NCBI GenBank assembly: GCA_964016885.1
Contig: OZ024744.1
Location: 135,470,001 to 135,534,000, forward strand
DNA length: 64,000 nucleotides
Source of the DNA: Eledone cirrhosa
Lineage: Eukaryota
Direction: 5' to 3'
Shown here one piece after another: positions 1 through 13,400 of the stretch; the stretch's first letter is position 1; each line of letters opens with the position of its first letter. The position numbers were made by a program, and so were the translations under genes. The notes beneath the pieces are model-generated. The model was not told where the DNA came from. It saw only the letters and a program-made list of their open reading frames with translations, and ran no database searches.

Positions 1-3000
1 AAAAGTACCTATTCCACACTGTAAAGTGGTCATGTAGGTTTTACAACAAAAAGTACCCAATGCATACTGTAAAGTAGTCATGTAGGTGGCACAACAACAA
101 GCACCCAGTACACACTGTAAAGTAGTGATGTAGGTGGCACAACAACAAGAACCCAGTACACACTGTAAAGTAGTAATGTAGGTGGCACAACAAGTACCCA
201 GTACATACTGTAAAGTGGTCATGTAGGTGTAAATGACAAAAAGTACCCAGTCTACACTGTGTTGTCATGTAGGTGTCATGACGAAAAGTACCCAGTCCAC
301 ACTGCAAAGTCGTCATGTAGGTGTCACAAGACAAAGTACCCAGTCCACACCGTAAAGTAGTCATGTAGGTGTCACAACAAAAAGTACTCAGTACACACTG
401 TAAAGTGGTCATGTAGGTGTCACAACAACAAGCACCCAGTACACACTGTTAAGTGGTCATGTAGTCTCATGACAAATAGTACCAGTACACACTGTAAAGT
501 AGTCATGTAGGTGGCACAACAAGTACCCAGTACATACTGTAAAGTGGTAATGTAGGTGTTATGACAAAAAGTACCCAGTCTACACTGTGTGGTCATGTAG
601 GTGTCACAACAGAAAGTCCCCACTACACACAGTAAAGTGGTCATGTAGGTGTCATCACAAAAAGTACCCAATCCACACTGCAAAGTAGTCATGTAGGTGT
701 CACAAGACAAAGTACCCAGTCCACACTGTAAAGTAGTCATGTAGGTGTCACAACAAAAAGTACCCAGTACACTCAGTAAAGTGGTCATGTAGGTGTCATG
801 ACAAAAAGTATCCAGTACACACTGTAAAGTGGTCATGTAGGTGTCACAACAAAAAGTACCCAGTCCACACTGTAAAGTGGTCATGTAGGTGGCACAACAA
901 AAAGTACCCAGTACACGCAGTAAAGTGGTCATGTAGGTGTCATGACAAAAAGTATCCAGTACACACTGTAAAGTGGTCATGTAGGTGTCACAACAAAAAG
1001 TACCCAGTACACACTGTAAAGTGGTCATGTCGGTGTCACAAAAAAAAGTACCCAGTACACACTGTAAAGTGGTCATGTAGGTGTCACAACAAAAAGTACC
1101 CAGTACACACTGTAAAGTGGTCATGTAGGTGTCATTATAAAAAATACCCAGTACACACTGTAAAGTGGTCATGTAGGTGTCATGACAACAAATACCCAGT
1201 AAACACTGGAAAGTGGTCATATAGGTGTCACAACAAAAAGTACCGAGTATACACTGTAAAGTGGTCATGTAGGTGTCCCAACAAAAAGTACCCAGTACAC
1301 ACTGTAAAGTGGTCATGTAGGTGTCACAACAAAAAGTAGCCATTCCACACTGTAAAGTGGTCATATAGGTGTCACAACAAAAAGTACCCAGTACACACTG
1401 TAAAGTGGTCATGTAGGTGTCACAACAAAAAGTACCCAGTACACACTGTAAAGTGGTCATGTAGGGGTCACAACACAAAATACCCAGTACACACTGTAAA
1501 GGGTCATGAAGGTGTCATGACAAAAAGTACCTAGTACACACTGTAAAGTGGTCATGTAGGTGTCACAACAAAACTTACTCATTACATACTGTAAAGTGGT
1601 TATGAAGGTGTCATGAGAGAAAGTACCCATGCCACACTGTAAAGTGGTCATGTAGGTGTCATGACAAATAGTACCCAGTACACACTGTAAAGTAGTCATG
1701 TAGGTGGCACAAAAAGTACCCAGTACATACTGTAAAGTAGTCATGTAGGTGGCACAACAAGTACCCAGTACACACTGTAAAGTAGTCATGTAGGTGGCAC
1801 AACAAGTACCCAGTACACACTGTAAAGTAGTCATGTAGGTGGCACAACAAAATGTACCCAGTCCACACGGTAAAGTGGTCATGTAGGTGTCACAACAAAA
1901 AGTACCCAGTACACACAGTAAAGTGGTCATGTAGGTGTCACAACAAAAAGTACCCAGTCCACACTGTAAAGTGGTCATGTAGGTGTCACAACAAAAAGTA
2001 CCCAGTACACACTGTAAAGTGGTCATGTAGGTGTCACAACAAAATGTACCCAGTCCACACTGTAAAGTGGTGATGTAGGTGTTACAACAAAAAGTACCCA
2101 GTACACACTGTAAAGTGGTCATGTAGGTGTCATTATAAAAAATACCCAGTAAACACTGGAAAGTGGTCATGTAGGTGTCACAATAAAAAGTACCGAGTAT
2201 ACACTGTAAAGTGGTCATGTAGGTGTCCCAACAAAAAGTATCCAGTACACTCTGTAAGGTGGTCATGTAGGTGTCACAACAAAAAGTACCCATCCCACAC
2301 TGTAAAGTGGTTATATAGATGTCACAACAAAAAGTACCCAGTACACACTGTAAAGTGGTCATGTAGGTGTCACAACAAAAAGTACCCAGTACATACTGTA
2401 AAGTGGTCATGAAGGTGTCATGACAAAAAGTACCCATTCCACACTGTAAAGTGGTCATGTAGGTGTCTCAACAAAAATTACTCAGTACATACTGTAAAGT
2501 GGTTATGAAGGTGTCATGATAAAAAGTTCCGATTCCACACTGTAAAGTAGTCATGTAGGTGTAACAACAAAAAGTACCCAGTACACACTGTAATGTGGTC
2601 ATGTAGGTGTCATTACAAAAAATACCCAGTAAACACTGGAAAGTGGTCATGTAGGTGTCACAACAAAAAGTACACAGTAGACACTGTAAAGTAGTCATGT
2701 AGGTGGCACAACAAGTACCCAGTACATACTGTAAAGTGGTAATGTAGGTGTTATGACAAAAAGTACCCAGTCTACACTGTGTGGTCATGTAGGTGTCACA
2801 ACAGAAAGTCCCCACTACACACAGTAAAGTGGTCATGTAGGTGTCATCAGAAAAAGTACCCAATCCACACTGCAAAGTAGTCATGTAGGTGTCACAAGAC
2901 AAAGTACCCAGTCCACACTGTAAAGTAGTCATGTAGGTGTCACAACAAAAAGTACCCAGTACACTCAGTAAAGTCGTCATGTAGGTGTCATGACAAAAAG

Positions 3001-4200
3001 TATCCAGTACACACTGTAAAGTGGTCATGTAGGTGTCACAACAAAAAGTACCCAGTCCACACTGTAAAGTGCTCATGAAGGTGTCATGACAAAAAGTATC
3101 CAGTACACACTGTAAAGTGGTCATGTAGGTGGCACAACAAAAAGTACCCAGTACACACAGTAAAGTGGTCATGTAGGTGTCATGACAAAAAGTATCCAGT
3201 ACACACTGTAAAGTGGTCATGTAGGTGTCACAACAAAAAGTACCCAGTACACACTGTAAAGTGGTCATGTAGGTGTCACAAAAAAAAGTACCCAGTACAC
3301 ACTGTAAAGTGGTCATGTAGGTGTCACAACAAAAAGTACCCAGTACACACTGTAAAGTGGTCATGTAGGTGTCATTATAAAAAATACCCAGTACACACTG
3401 TAAAGTGGTCATGTAGGTGTCATGACAACAAATACCCAGTAAACACTGGAAAGTGGTCATATAGGTGTCACAACAAAAAGGACCGAGTATACACTGTAAA
3501 GTGGTCATGTAGGTGTCCCAACAAAAAGTAACCAGTACACACTATAAAGTGGTCATGTAGGTGTCACAACAAAAAGTACCCAGTACATACTGTAAAGTGG
3601 TCATGAAGGTGTCATGACAAAAAGTACCCATTCCACACTGTAAAGTGGTCATGTAGGTGTCTCAACAAAAATTACTCAGTACATACTGTAAAGTGGTTAT
3701 GAAGGTGTCATGACAAAAAGTACCCATTCCACACTGTAAGGTGGTCATGTAGGTGTCACAACAAAAAGTACACATTCCACACTGTAAAGTGGTTATATAG
3801 ATGTCACAACAAAAAGTACCCAGTACACACTGTAAAGTGGTCATGTAGGTGTCACAACAAAAAGTACCCAGTACACACTGTAATGTGGTCATGTAGGTGT
3901 CACAACAAAAAGTACCCATTCCACACTGTAAAGTGGTCATATAGATGTCACAACAAAAAGTACCCAGTACACACTGTAAAGTGGTCATGTAGGTGTCACA
4001 ACAAAAAGTACCCAGTACATACTGTAAAGTGGTGCTGAACGTGTCATGATAAAAAGTACCTATTCCACACTGTAAAGTGGTCATGTAGGTTTTACAACAA
4101 AAAGTACCCAGTGCATACTGTAAAGTAGTCATGTAGGTGGCACAACAACAAGGACCCAGTACACACTGTAAAGTGGTCATGTAGTCTCATGACAAATAGT
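1..4200. repeat. Left diverged flank domain of the array
   Basis: Carries variants such as TAAACACTGGAAAG (about 1200, 2150, 2630, 3440), ACCGAGTATACAC (about 1242, 2192, 3482), GTAGTCTCATGAC (461, 4181) and CAACAACAAGCACCC, which I did not see between about 4.2 and 52.8 kb. The boundary is approximate. Confidence 0.75.
500..3540. repeat. Local duplication: about 0.8 kb block (about 500-1300) repeated at about 2690-3540
   Basis: AGAAAGTCCCCACTACAC at 611 and 2803 (offset 2192). GTCATTATAA at 1131 and 3371 (offset 2240, one extra monomer). ORFs 420..1478 and 2468..3508 share most of their variant order. Confidence 0.85.
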
Positions 4201-7200
4201 ACCAAGTACACACTGTAAAGTAGTCATGTAGGTGTCACAACAAAAAGTACCCAGTACACTCAGTAAAGTGGTCATGAAGGTGTCATGACAAAAAGTACCC
4301 AGTACACACTGTAAAGTGGTCATGTAGGTGTCACAACAAAAAGTACCCAGTACACACTGTAAAGTGGTCATGTAGGTGTCACAACAAAAAGTACCCATTC
4401 CACACTGTAAAGTGGTCATGTAGGTGTCACAACAAAAAGTACCCAGTACATACTGTAAAGTGGTCATGAAGGTGTCATGACAAAAAGTACCCAGTACACA
4501 CTGTAAAGTAGTCATGTAGGTGTCATAACAAGTACCCAGTACATACTGTAAAGTGGTCATGTAGGTGTTATGACAAAAAGTACCCAGTCTACACTGTGTG
4601 GTCATGTAGGTGTCATGACATAAATTACCCAGTCCACACTGTAAAGTAGTCATTAGTTTGTCACTACAAAAAGTACCCAGTCCACACTGTAAAGTGGTCA
4701 TGTAGGTGTCACAAGAAAATTTACTCAATACATAGTGTAAAGTGGTTATGAAGGTGTCATGAGAAAAAGTACCCATCCACACTGTAAAGTGGTCATGTAG
4801 GTGTCCTGACAAATAGTACCCAGTACACACTGTAAAGTAGTCATGTAGGTGGCACAAAAGTACCCAGTACATACTGTAAAGTGGTCATGTAGGTGTTATG
4901 ACAAAAAGTAACCAGTCTACAATGTGTGGTCATGTAGGTGTCATGACATAAATTACCCAGTCCACACTGTAAAGTAGTCATGTAGGTGTCACAACAAAAA
5001 GTACCCAGTACACACAGTAAAGTGGTCATGTAGGTGTCACAACAAAAAGTACCCAGTCCACACTGTAAAGTAGTCATGTAGGTGTCACAACAAAAAGTAC
5101 CCAGTCCACACTGTAAAGTGGTCATGTAGGTGTCACAACAAAAATTACCCAGTCCACACTGTAAAGTGGTCATGTAGGTGTCACAACAAAAAGTACCCAG
5201 TACATACTGTAAAATGGTCATGAAGGTGTCATGACAAAAAGTACCCAGTACACACTGTAAAGTAGTCATGTAGGTGTAACAACAAAAATTACTCAGTACA
5301 TACTGTAAAGTGGTTATGAAGGTGTCATGAGAAAAAGTACTCATTCCACACTGTAAAGTGGTCATATAGGTGTCATGACAAATAGTACCCAGTACACACT
5401 GTAAAGTAGTCATGTAGGTGGCACAACAAGTACCCAGTACATACTGTAAAGTGGTCATGTAGGTGTTATGACAAAAAGTACCCAGTCTACACTGTGTGGT
5501 CATGTAGGTGTCACAACATAATGTACCCAGTCCACACTGTAAAGTGGTCATGTAGGTGTCACAACAAAAAGTACTCAGTACACACTGTAAAGTGGTCATG
5601 TAGGTGTCACAACAAAATTTACTCAGTAGATACTGTAAAGTGGTTATGAAGGTGTCATGAGAAAAAGTACCCATACACACTGTAAAGTCGTCATGTAGGT
5701 GTCCTGACAAATAGTACCCAGTACACACTGTAAAGTAGTCATGTAGGTGTCATGACAAATAATACCCAGTACACACTGTAAAGTAGTCATGTAGGTGTCA
5801 TGACAAATAGTACCCAGTACACACTGTAAAGTAGTCATGTAGGTGTCACAACAAAAATTACTCAGTACATACTGTAAAGTGGTTATGAAGGTGTCATGAG
5901 AAAAAGTAGCCATTCCACACTGTAAAGTGGTCATGTAGGTGGCACAACAAGTACCCAGTACATACTGTAAAGTGTTCATGTAGTTGTTATGACAAAAAGT
6001 ACCCAGTCTACACTGTGTGGTCATGTAGGTGTCACAACAAAAACTACCCAGTCCACACTGTAAAGTGGTCATGTAGTAGTCACGACAAAAAGTATCCAGT
6101 ACACACTGTAAAGTGGTCATGTAGGTGTCACAACATAATGTACCCAGTCCACACTGTAAAGTGCTCATGTAGGTGTCACAACAAAAAGTACCCATTCCAC
6201 ACTGTAAAGTGGTCATGTAGGTGTCACAACAAAAAGTACCCAGTACACACTGTAAAGTGGTCATGTAGGTGTCACAACAAAAAGTACCCAGTACACACTG
6301 TAAAGTGGTCATGTAGGTGTCACAACAAAAAGTACCCTTTCCACACTGTAAAGTGGTTATATAGATGTCACAACAAAAAGTACCCAGTCCACACTGTAAA
6401 GTGGTCATGTAGGTGTCACAACAAAAAGTACCCAGTCCACACTGTAAAGTGGTCACGTAGGTGTCACAACAAAAAGTACCCAGTACATACTGTAAAGTGG
6501 TCATGAAGGTGGCATGACAAAACGTACCCAGTACACACTGTAAAGTAGTCATGTAGGTGTCACAACAAAAATTACTCAGTACATACTGTAAAGTGGTTAT
6601 GAAGGTGTCCTGAGAAAAAGTACCGATTCCACACTGTAAAGTGGACATGTAGGTGTCATGACAAATAGTACCCAGTACACACTGTAAACTAGTCATGTAG
6701 GTGGCACAACAAGTACCCAGTACATACTGTAAAGTGGTCATGTAGGTGTTATGACAAAAAGTACCCCGTCTACAATGTGTGGTCATGTAGGTGTCATGAC
6801 ATAAATTACCCAGTCCACACTGTAAAGTAGTCATGTAGGTGTCACAACAAAAAGTACCCAGTACACACAGTAACGTGGTCATGTAGGTGTCACAACAAAA
6901 AGTTCCCAGTCGACACTGTAAAGTAGTCATGTAGGTGTCACAACAAAAACTACCCAGTCCACACTGTAAAGTGGTCATGTAGGTGTCCTGACAAATAGTA
7001 CCCAGTACACACTGTAAAGTAGTCATGTAGGTGTTATGACAAAAAGTATCCAGTACACACTGTAAAGTGGTCATGTAGGTGTCACAACAAAAACTACCAA
7101 GTCCACACTGTAAAGTGGTCATGTAGGTGTCACGACAAAAAGTATCCAGTCCACACTGTAAAGTGGTCATGTAGGTGTCACAACAAAAAGTACCCAGTAC

Positions 7201-10200
7201 ATACTGTAAAGTGGTCATGAAGGTCTCATGACAAAAAGTACCCAGTACACACTGTAAAGTAGTCATGTAGGTGTCACAACAAAAATTACTCAGTACATAC
7301 TGTAAAGTGGTTATGAAGGTTTCATGAGAAAAAGTAGCCATTCCACACTGTAAAATGGTCATGTAGGTGTCACAACAAAAATTACCCAGTCCACACTGTA
7401 AAGTGGTCATGTAGGTGTCACAACAAAAATTACCCAGTCCACACTGTAAAGTAGTCATGTAGGTGTAACAACAAAAATTACTCAGTACATACTGTAAAGT
7501 GGTTATGAAGGTGTCATGAGAAAAAGTACCCATTCCACACTGTAAAGTGGTCATGTAGGTGTCATGACAAATAGTACCCAGTACACACTGTAAAGTAGAC
7601 GTGTAGGTGGCAAAAGTACCCAGTACATACTGTAACGTGGTCATGTAGGTATTATGACAAAAAGTACCCAGTCTACACTGTGTGGTCATGTAGGTGTCAC
7701 AACATAATGTACCCAGTCCACACTGTAAAGTGGTCATGTAGGTGTCACAACAAAAAGTACCCAGTACATACTGTAAAGTGGTCATAAAGGTCTCATGACA
7801 AAAAGTACCCAGTACACACTGTAAAGTAGTCATGTAGGTGTCACAACAAAAATTACTCAGCACATACTGTAAAGTGGTTATGAAGGTGTCATGAGAAAAG
7901 TAGCCATTCCACACTGTAAAGTGGTCATGTAGGTGTCACAACAAAAATTACCCAGTCCACACTGTACAGTGGTCATGTAGGTGCCACAACAAAAAGTACC
8001 CAGTACACACTGTAAAGTGGTCATGTAGGTGTAACAACAAAAATTACTCAGTACATACTGTAAAGTGGTTATGAAGGTGTCATGAGAAAAAGTAGCCATT
8101 CCACACTGTAAAGTGGACATGTAGGTGTCATGACAAATAGTACCCAGTACACACTGTAAAGTAGTCATGTAGGTGGCACAACAAGTACCCAGTACATACT
8201 GTAAAGTGGTCATGTAGGTTTTATGACAAAAAGTACCCAGTCTACACTGTGTGGTCATGTAGGTGTCATGACATAAATTACCCAGTCCACACTGTAAAGT
8301 AGTCATGTAGGTGTCACGACAAAAAGTACCCAGTACAAACAGTCAAGTGGTCATGTAGGTGTCACAACAGAAATTCCCCAGTACACACAGTAAAGTGGTC
8401 ATGTAGGTGTCATGAGAAAAACTATCCAGTACACACTGTAAAGTGGTCATGTAGGTGTCACAACAAAAACTACCCAGTCCACACTGTAAAGTGGTCATGT
8501 AGGTGTCACAACAAAAAGTACCCAGTCCACGCTGTAAAGTAGTCATGTAGGTGTCACGACAAAAAGTACCCAGTACATACTGTAAAGTGGTCATGAAGGT
8601 GTCATGACAAAAAGTACCCAGTACACACTGTAAAGTAGTCATGTAGGTGTAACAACAAAAATTACTCAGTACATACTGTAAAGTGGTTATGAAGGTGTCA
8701 TGAGAAAAAGTACCCAGTCTACACTGTGTGGTCATGTAGGTGTCACAACATAATGTACCCAGTCCACACTGTAAAGTGGTCATGTAGGTGTCACAATAAA
8801 AAGTACCCATTCCACACTGTAAAGTGGTCATGTAGGTGTCATGACAAATAGTACCCAGTACACACTGTAAAGTAGTCATGTAGGTGGCACAACAAGTACC
8901 CAGTACTTACTGTAAAGTGGTCATGTAGGTGTTATAACAAAAAGTACCCAGTCTACACTGTGTGGTCATGTAGGTGTCATGGCATAAATTACCCAGTCCA
9001 CACTGTAAAGTAGTAGTTTGTCACAACAAAAACTACCCAGACCACACTGTAAAGTGGTCATGTAGGAGTCACGACAAAAAGTATCCAGTACACACTGTAA
9101 AGTGGTCATGTAGGTGTCACAACATAATGTACCCAGTCCACACTGTAAAGTGGTCATGTAGGTGTCACAACAAAAAGTACCCAGTCCACACTGTAAAGTG
9201 GTCATGTAGGTGTCACAACAAAAATTACCCAGTCCACACTGTAAAGTGGTCGTGTAGGTGTCATGACAAAAAGTACCCAGTCCACACTGTAAAGTGGTCA
9301 TGTAGGTGTCACAACAAAATTTACTCAGTACATACTGTAAAGTGGTTATGAAGGTGTCATAAGAAAAAGTACCCATCCACACTGTAAAGTGGTCATGTAG
9401 GTGTCCTGACAAATAGTACCCAGTACACACTGTAAAGTGGTCATGTAGGTGTCACAACAAAAAGTACCCAGTACACACTGTATAGTGGTCATGTAGGTGT
9501 CATGACAAATAGTACCCAGTACACACTGTAAAGTGGTCATGTAGGTGTCACAACAAAAAGTACCCATCCACATTGTAAAGTGGTCATGTAGGTGTTATGA
9601 CAAAAAGTACCCAGTCTACACTGTGTGATCATGTAGGTGTCACAACATAATGTACCCAGACCACACTGTAAAGTGGTCATGTAGGTGTCACAACAAAAAG
9701 TACCCAGTCCACACAGTCAAGTGGTCATGTAGGTGTCACAACAGGAAATCCCCAGTACACACAGTAAAGTGGTCATATAGGTGTCATGACAAAAAGTATC
9801 CAGTACACACTGTAAAGTGGTCATGTAGGTGTCACAACAAAAACTACCCAGTCCACACTGTAAAGTGGTCATGTAGGTGTCACGACAAAAAGTATCCAGT
9901 ACACACTGTAAAGTGGTCATGTAGGTGTCACAACAAAAAGTATCCAGTACACACTGTAAAGTGGTCATGTAGGTGTCACAACATAATGTACCCAGTCCAC
10001 ACTGTAAAGTGGTCATGTAGGTGTCCTGACAAATAGTACCCAGTACCCACTGTAAAGTAGTCGTGTAGGTGGCACAACAAGTACCCAGTACATAGTGAAA
10101 AGTGGTCATGTAGGTGTTATGACAAAAAGTATCCAGTACACACTGTAAAGTAGTCATGTAGGTGCCACAAAAAAAAGTACCCAGTCCACACTGTAAAGTG

Positions 10201-10499
10201 GTCATGTAGGTGTCACGACAAAAAGTATCCAGTCCACACTGTAAAGTGGTCATGTAGGTGTCACAACAAAAAGTACCCAGTACATACTGTAAAGTGGTCA
10301 TGATGTTGTCATGACAAAAAGTACCCAGTACACACTGTAAAGTAGTCATGTAGGTGTCATAACAAAAATTACTCAGTACATACTGTAAAGTGGTTGTGTA
10401 GGTGTCACAACAAAAAGTACCAAGTACTCACTGTAAAGTAGTCATGTAGGTGGCACAACAAGTACCCAGTACACACTGTAAAGTGGTTATGAAGGTGTC

Positions 10500-13400
10500 A
10501 TGAGAAAAAGTAGCCATTCCACACTGTAAAGTAGTCATGTAGGTGGCACAACAAGTACCCAGTACATACTGTAAAGTGTTCATGTAGTTGTTATGACAAA
10601 AAGTACCCTGTCTACACTGTGTGGTCATGTAGGTGTCACAACATAATGTACCCAGTCCACACTGTAAAGTGGTCATGTAGGTGTCACAACAAAAAGTACC
10701 CAGTCCAAACTGTAAAGTGGTCATGTAGGTGTCACAACAAAAAGTACCCAGTCCACACTGTAAAGTGGTCATGTAGGTGTCACAACAAAAAGTACCCAGT
10801 ACATACTGTAAATTGGTCATGAAGGTGTCATGACAAAAAGTACCCAGTACACACTGTAAAGTGGTCATGTAGGTGTCAAAACAAAATTTACTCAGTACAT
10901 ACTGTAAAGTGGTTATGAAGGTGTCATGAGAAAAAGTACCCATCCACACTGTAAAGTGGTCATGTAGGTGTCCTGACAAATAGTACCCAGTACACACTGT
11001 AAAGTAGTCAAGTAGGTGGTACAACAAGTACCCAGTACATACTGTAAAGTGGTCATGTAGGTGTTATGACGAAAAGTATCCAGTACACACTGTAAAGTGG
11101 TCATGTAGGTGTCACGACAAAAAGTATCCAGTCCATACTGTAGAGTGGTCATGTAGGTGTCACAACAAAAAGTACCCAGTACATACTGTAAAGTGGTCAT
11201 GAAGGTGTCATGACAAAAAGTACCCAGTACACACTGTAAAGTAGTCATGTAGGTGTCACAACAAAAATTACTCAGTACATACTGTAAAGTGGTTATGAAG
11301 GTGTCATGAGAAAAAGTAGCCATTCCACACTGTGAAGTGGTCATGTAGGTGTCATGACAAATAGTACCCAGTACACACTGTAAAGTAGTCATATAGGTGG
11401 CACAACAAGTACCCAGTACATACTGTAAAGTGGTCATGTAGGTTTTATGACAAAAAGTACCCAGTCTACACTGTGTGGTCATGTAGGTGTCACAACATAA
11501 TGTACCCAGTCCACACTGTAAAGTAGTCATGTAGGTGTCACAACATAATGTACCCAGTCCAAGCTGTAAAGTGGTCATGTAGGTGTCACAACAAAAAGTA
11601 CCCAGTCCACACTGTAAAGTGGTCATGTAGGTGTCACAACAAAAAGTACCCAGTACATACTGTAAAGTGGTCATGAAGGTGTCATGACAAAAAGTACCCA
11701 GTACATACTGTAAAGTGGTCATGAAGGTGTCACAACAAATAGCACCCAGTACACACTGTAAAGTGGTCATGTAACTAATATGACAAAAGTACTCAGTACA
11801 CACTGTAAAGTGGTTATGGAGGTGTCACAACAAAAATTACTCAGTACATAGTGTAAAGTGGTTATGAAGGTGTCATGAGAAAAAGTACCCATTCCACACT
11901 GTAAAGTGGACATGTAGGTGTCATGACAAATAGTACCCAGTACACACTGTAAAGTAGTCATGTAGGTGGCACAACAAGTACCCAGTACATACTGTAAAGT
12001 GTTCATGTAGTTGTTATGACAAAAAGTACCCAGTCTACACTGTGTGGTCATGTAGGTGTCACAACAAAAAGTACCCAGTCCACACTGTAAAGTGGTCATG
12101 TAGGTGTCACAACAAAAAGTACCCAGTCCAAACTGTAAAGTGGTCATGTAGGTGTCACAACAAAAAGTACCCAGTACATACTGTAAATTGGTCATGAAGG
12201 TGTCATGACAAAAAGTACCCAGTACACACTGTAAAGTGGTCATGTAGGTGTCAAAACAAAATTTACTCAGTACATACTGTAAAGTGGTTATGAAGGTGTC
12301 ATGAGAAAAAGTACCCATCCACACTGTAAAGTGGTCATGTAGGTGTCCTGACAAATACTACCCAGTACACACTGTAAAGTAGTCAAGTAGGTGGCACAAC
12401 AAGTACCCAGTACATACTGTAAAGTGGTCATGTAGGTGTTATGACGAAAAGTATCCAGTACACACTGTAAAGTGGTCATGTAGGTGTCACGACAAAAAGT
12501 ATCCAGTCCACACTGTAGAGTGGTCATGTAGGTGTCACAACAAAATGTACCCAGTACATACTGTAAAGTGGTCATGAAGGTGTCATGACAAAAAGTACCC
12601 AGTACACACTGTAAAGTAGTCATGTAGGTGTCACAACAAAAATTACTCAGTACATACTGTAAAGTGGTTATGAAGGTGTCATGAGAAAAAGTAGCCATTC
12701 CACACTGTGAAGTGGTCATGTAGGTGTCATGACAAATAGTACCCAGTACACACTGTAAAGTAGTCATATAGGTGGCACAACAAGTACCCAGTACATACTG
12801 TAAAGTGGTCATGTAGGTTTTATGACAAAAAGTACCCAGTCTACACTGTGTGGTCATGTAGGTGTCACAACATAATGTACCCAGTCCAAGCTGTAAAGTG
12901 GTCATGTAGGTGTCACAACAAAAAGTACCCAGTCCACACTGTAAAGTGGTCATGTAGGTGTCACAACAAAAAGTACCCAGTACATACTGTAAAGTGGTCA
13001 TGAAGGTGTCATGACAAAAAGTACCCAGTACATACTGTAAAGTGGTCATGAAGGTGTCACAACAAATAGCACCCAGTACACACTGTAAAGTGGTCATGTA
13101 ACTAACATGACAAAAGTACTCAGTACACACTGTAAATCGGTCATGGAGGTGTCACAACAAAAATTACTCAGTACATAGTGTAAAGTGGTTATGAAGGTGT
13201 CATGAGAAAAAGTACCCATTCCACACTGTAAAGTGGACATGTAGGTGTCATGACAAATAGTACCCAGTACACACTGTAAAGTAGTCATGTATGTGGCACA
13301 ACAAGTACCCAGTACATACTGTAAAGTGGTCATGTAGGTGTTATGACAAAAAGTACCCAGTCTACACTGTGTGGTCATGTAGGTGTCATGGCATAAATTA

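Noticed and set aside
60-130. Compensatory covariation in the CACT-GTAA-AGTG hairpin (TACT...AGTA form)
   Set aside because: The paired form occurs occasionally, but CACT with AGTA (a mismatch) and TACT with AGTG are far more common, so there is no evidence of conserved pairing.
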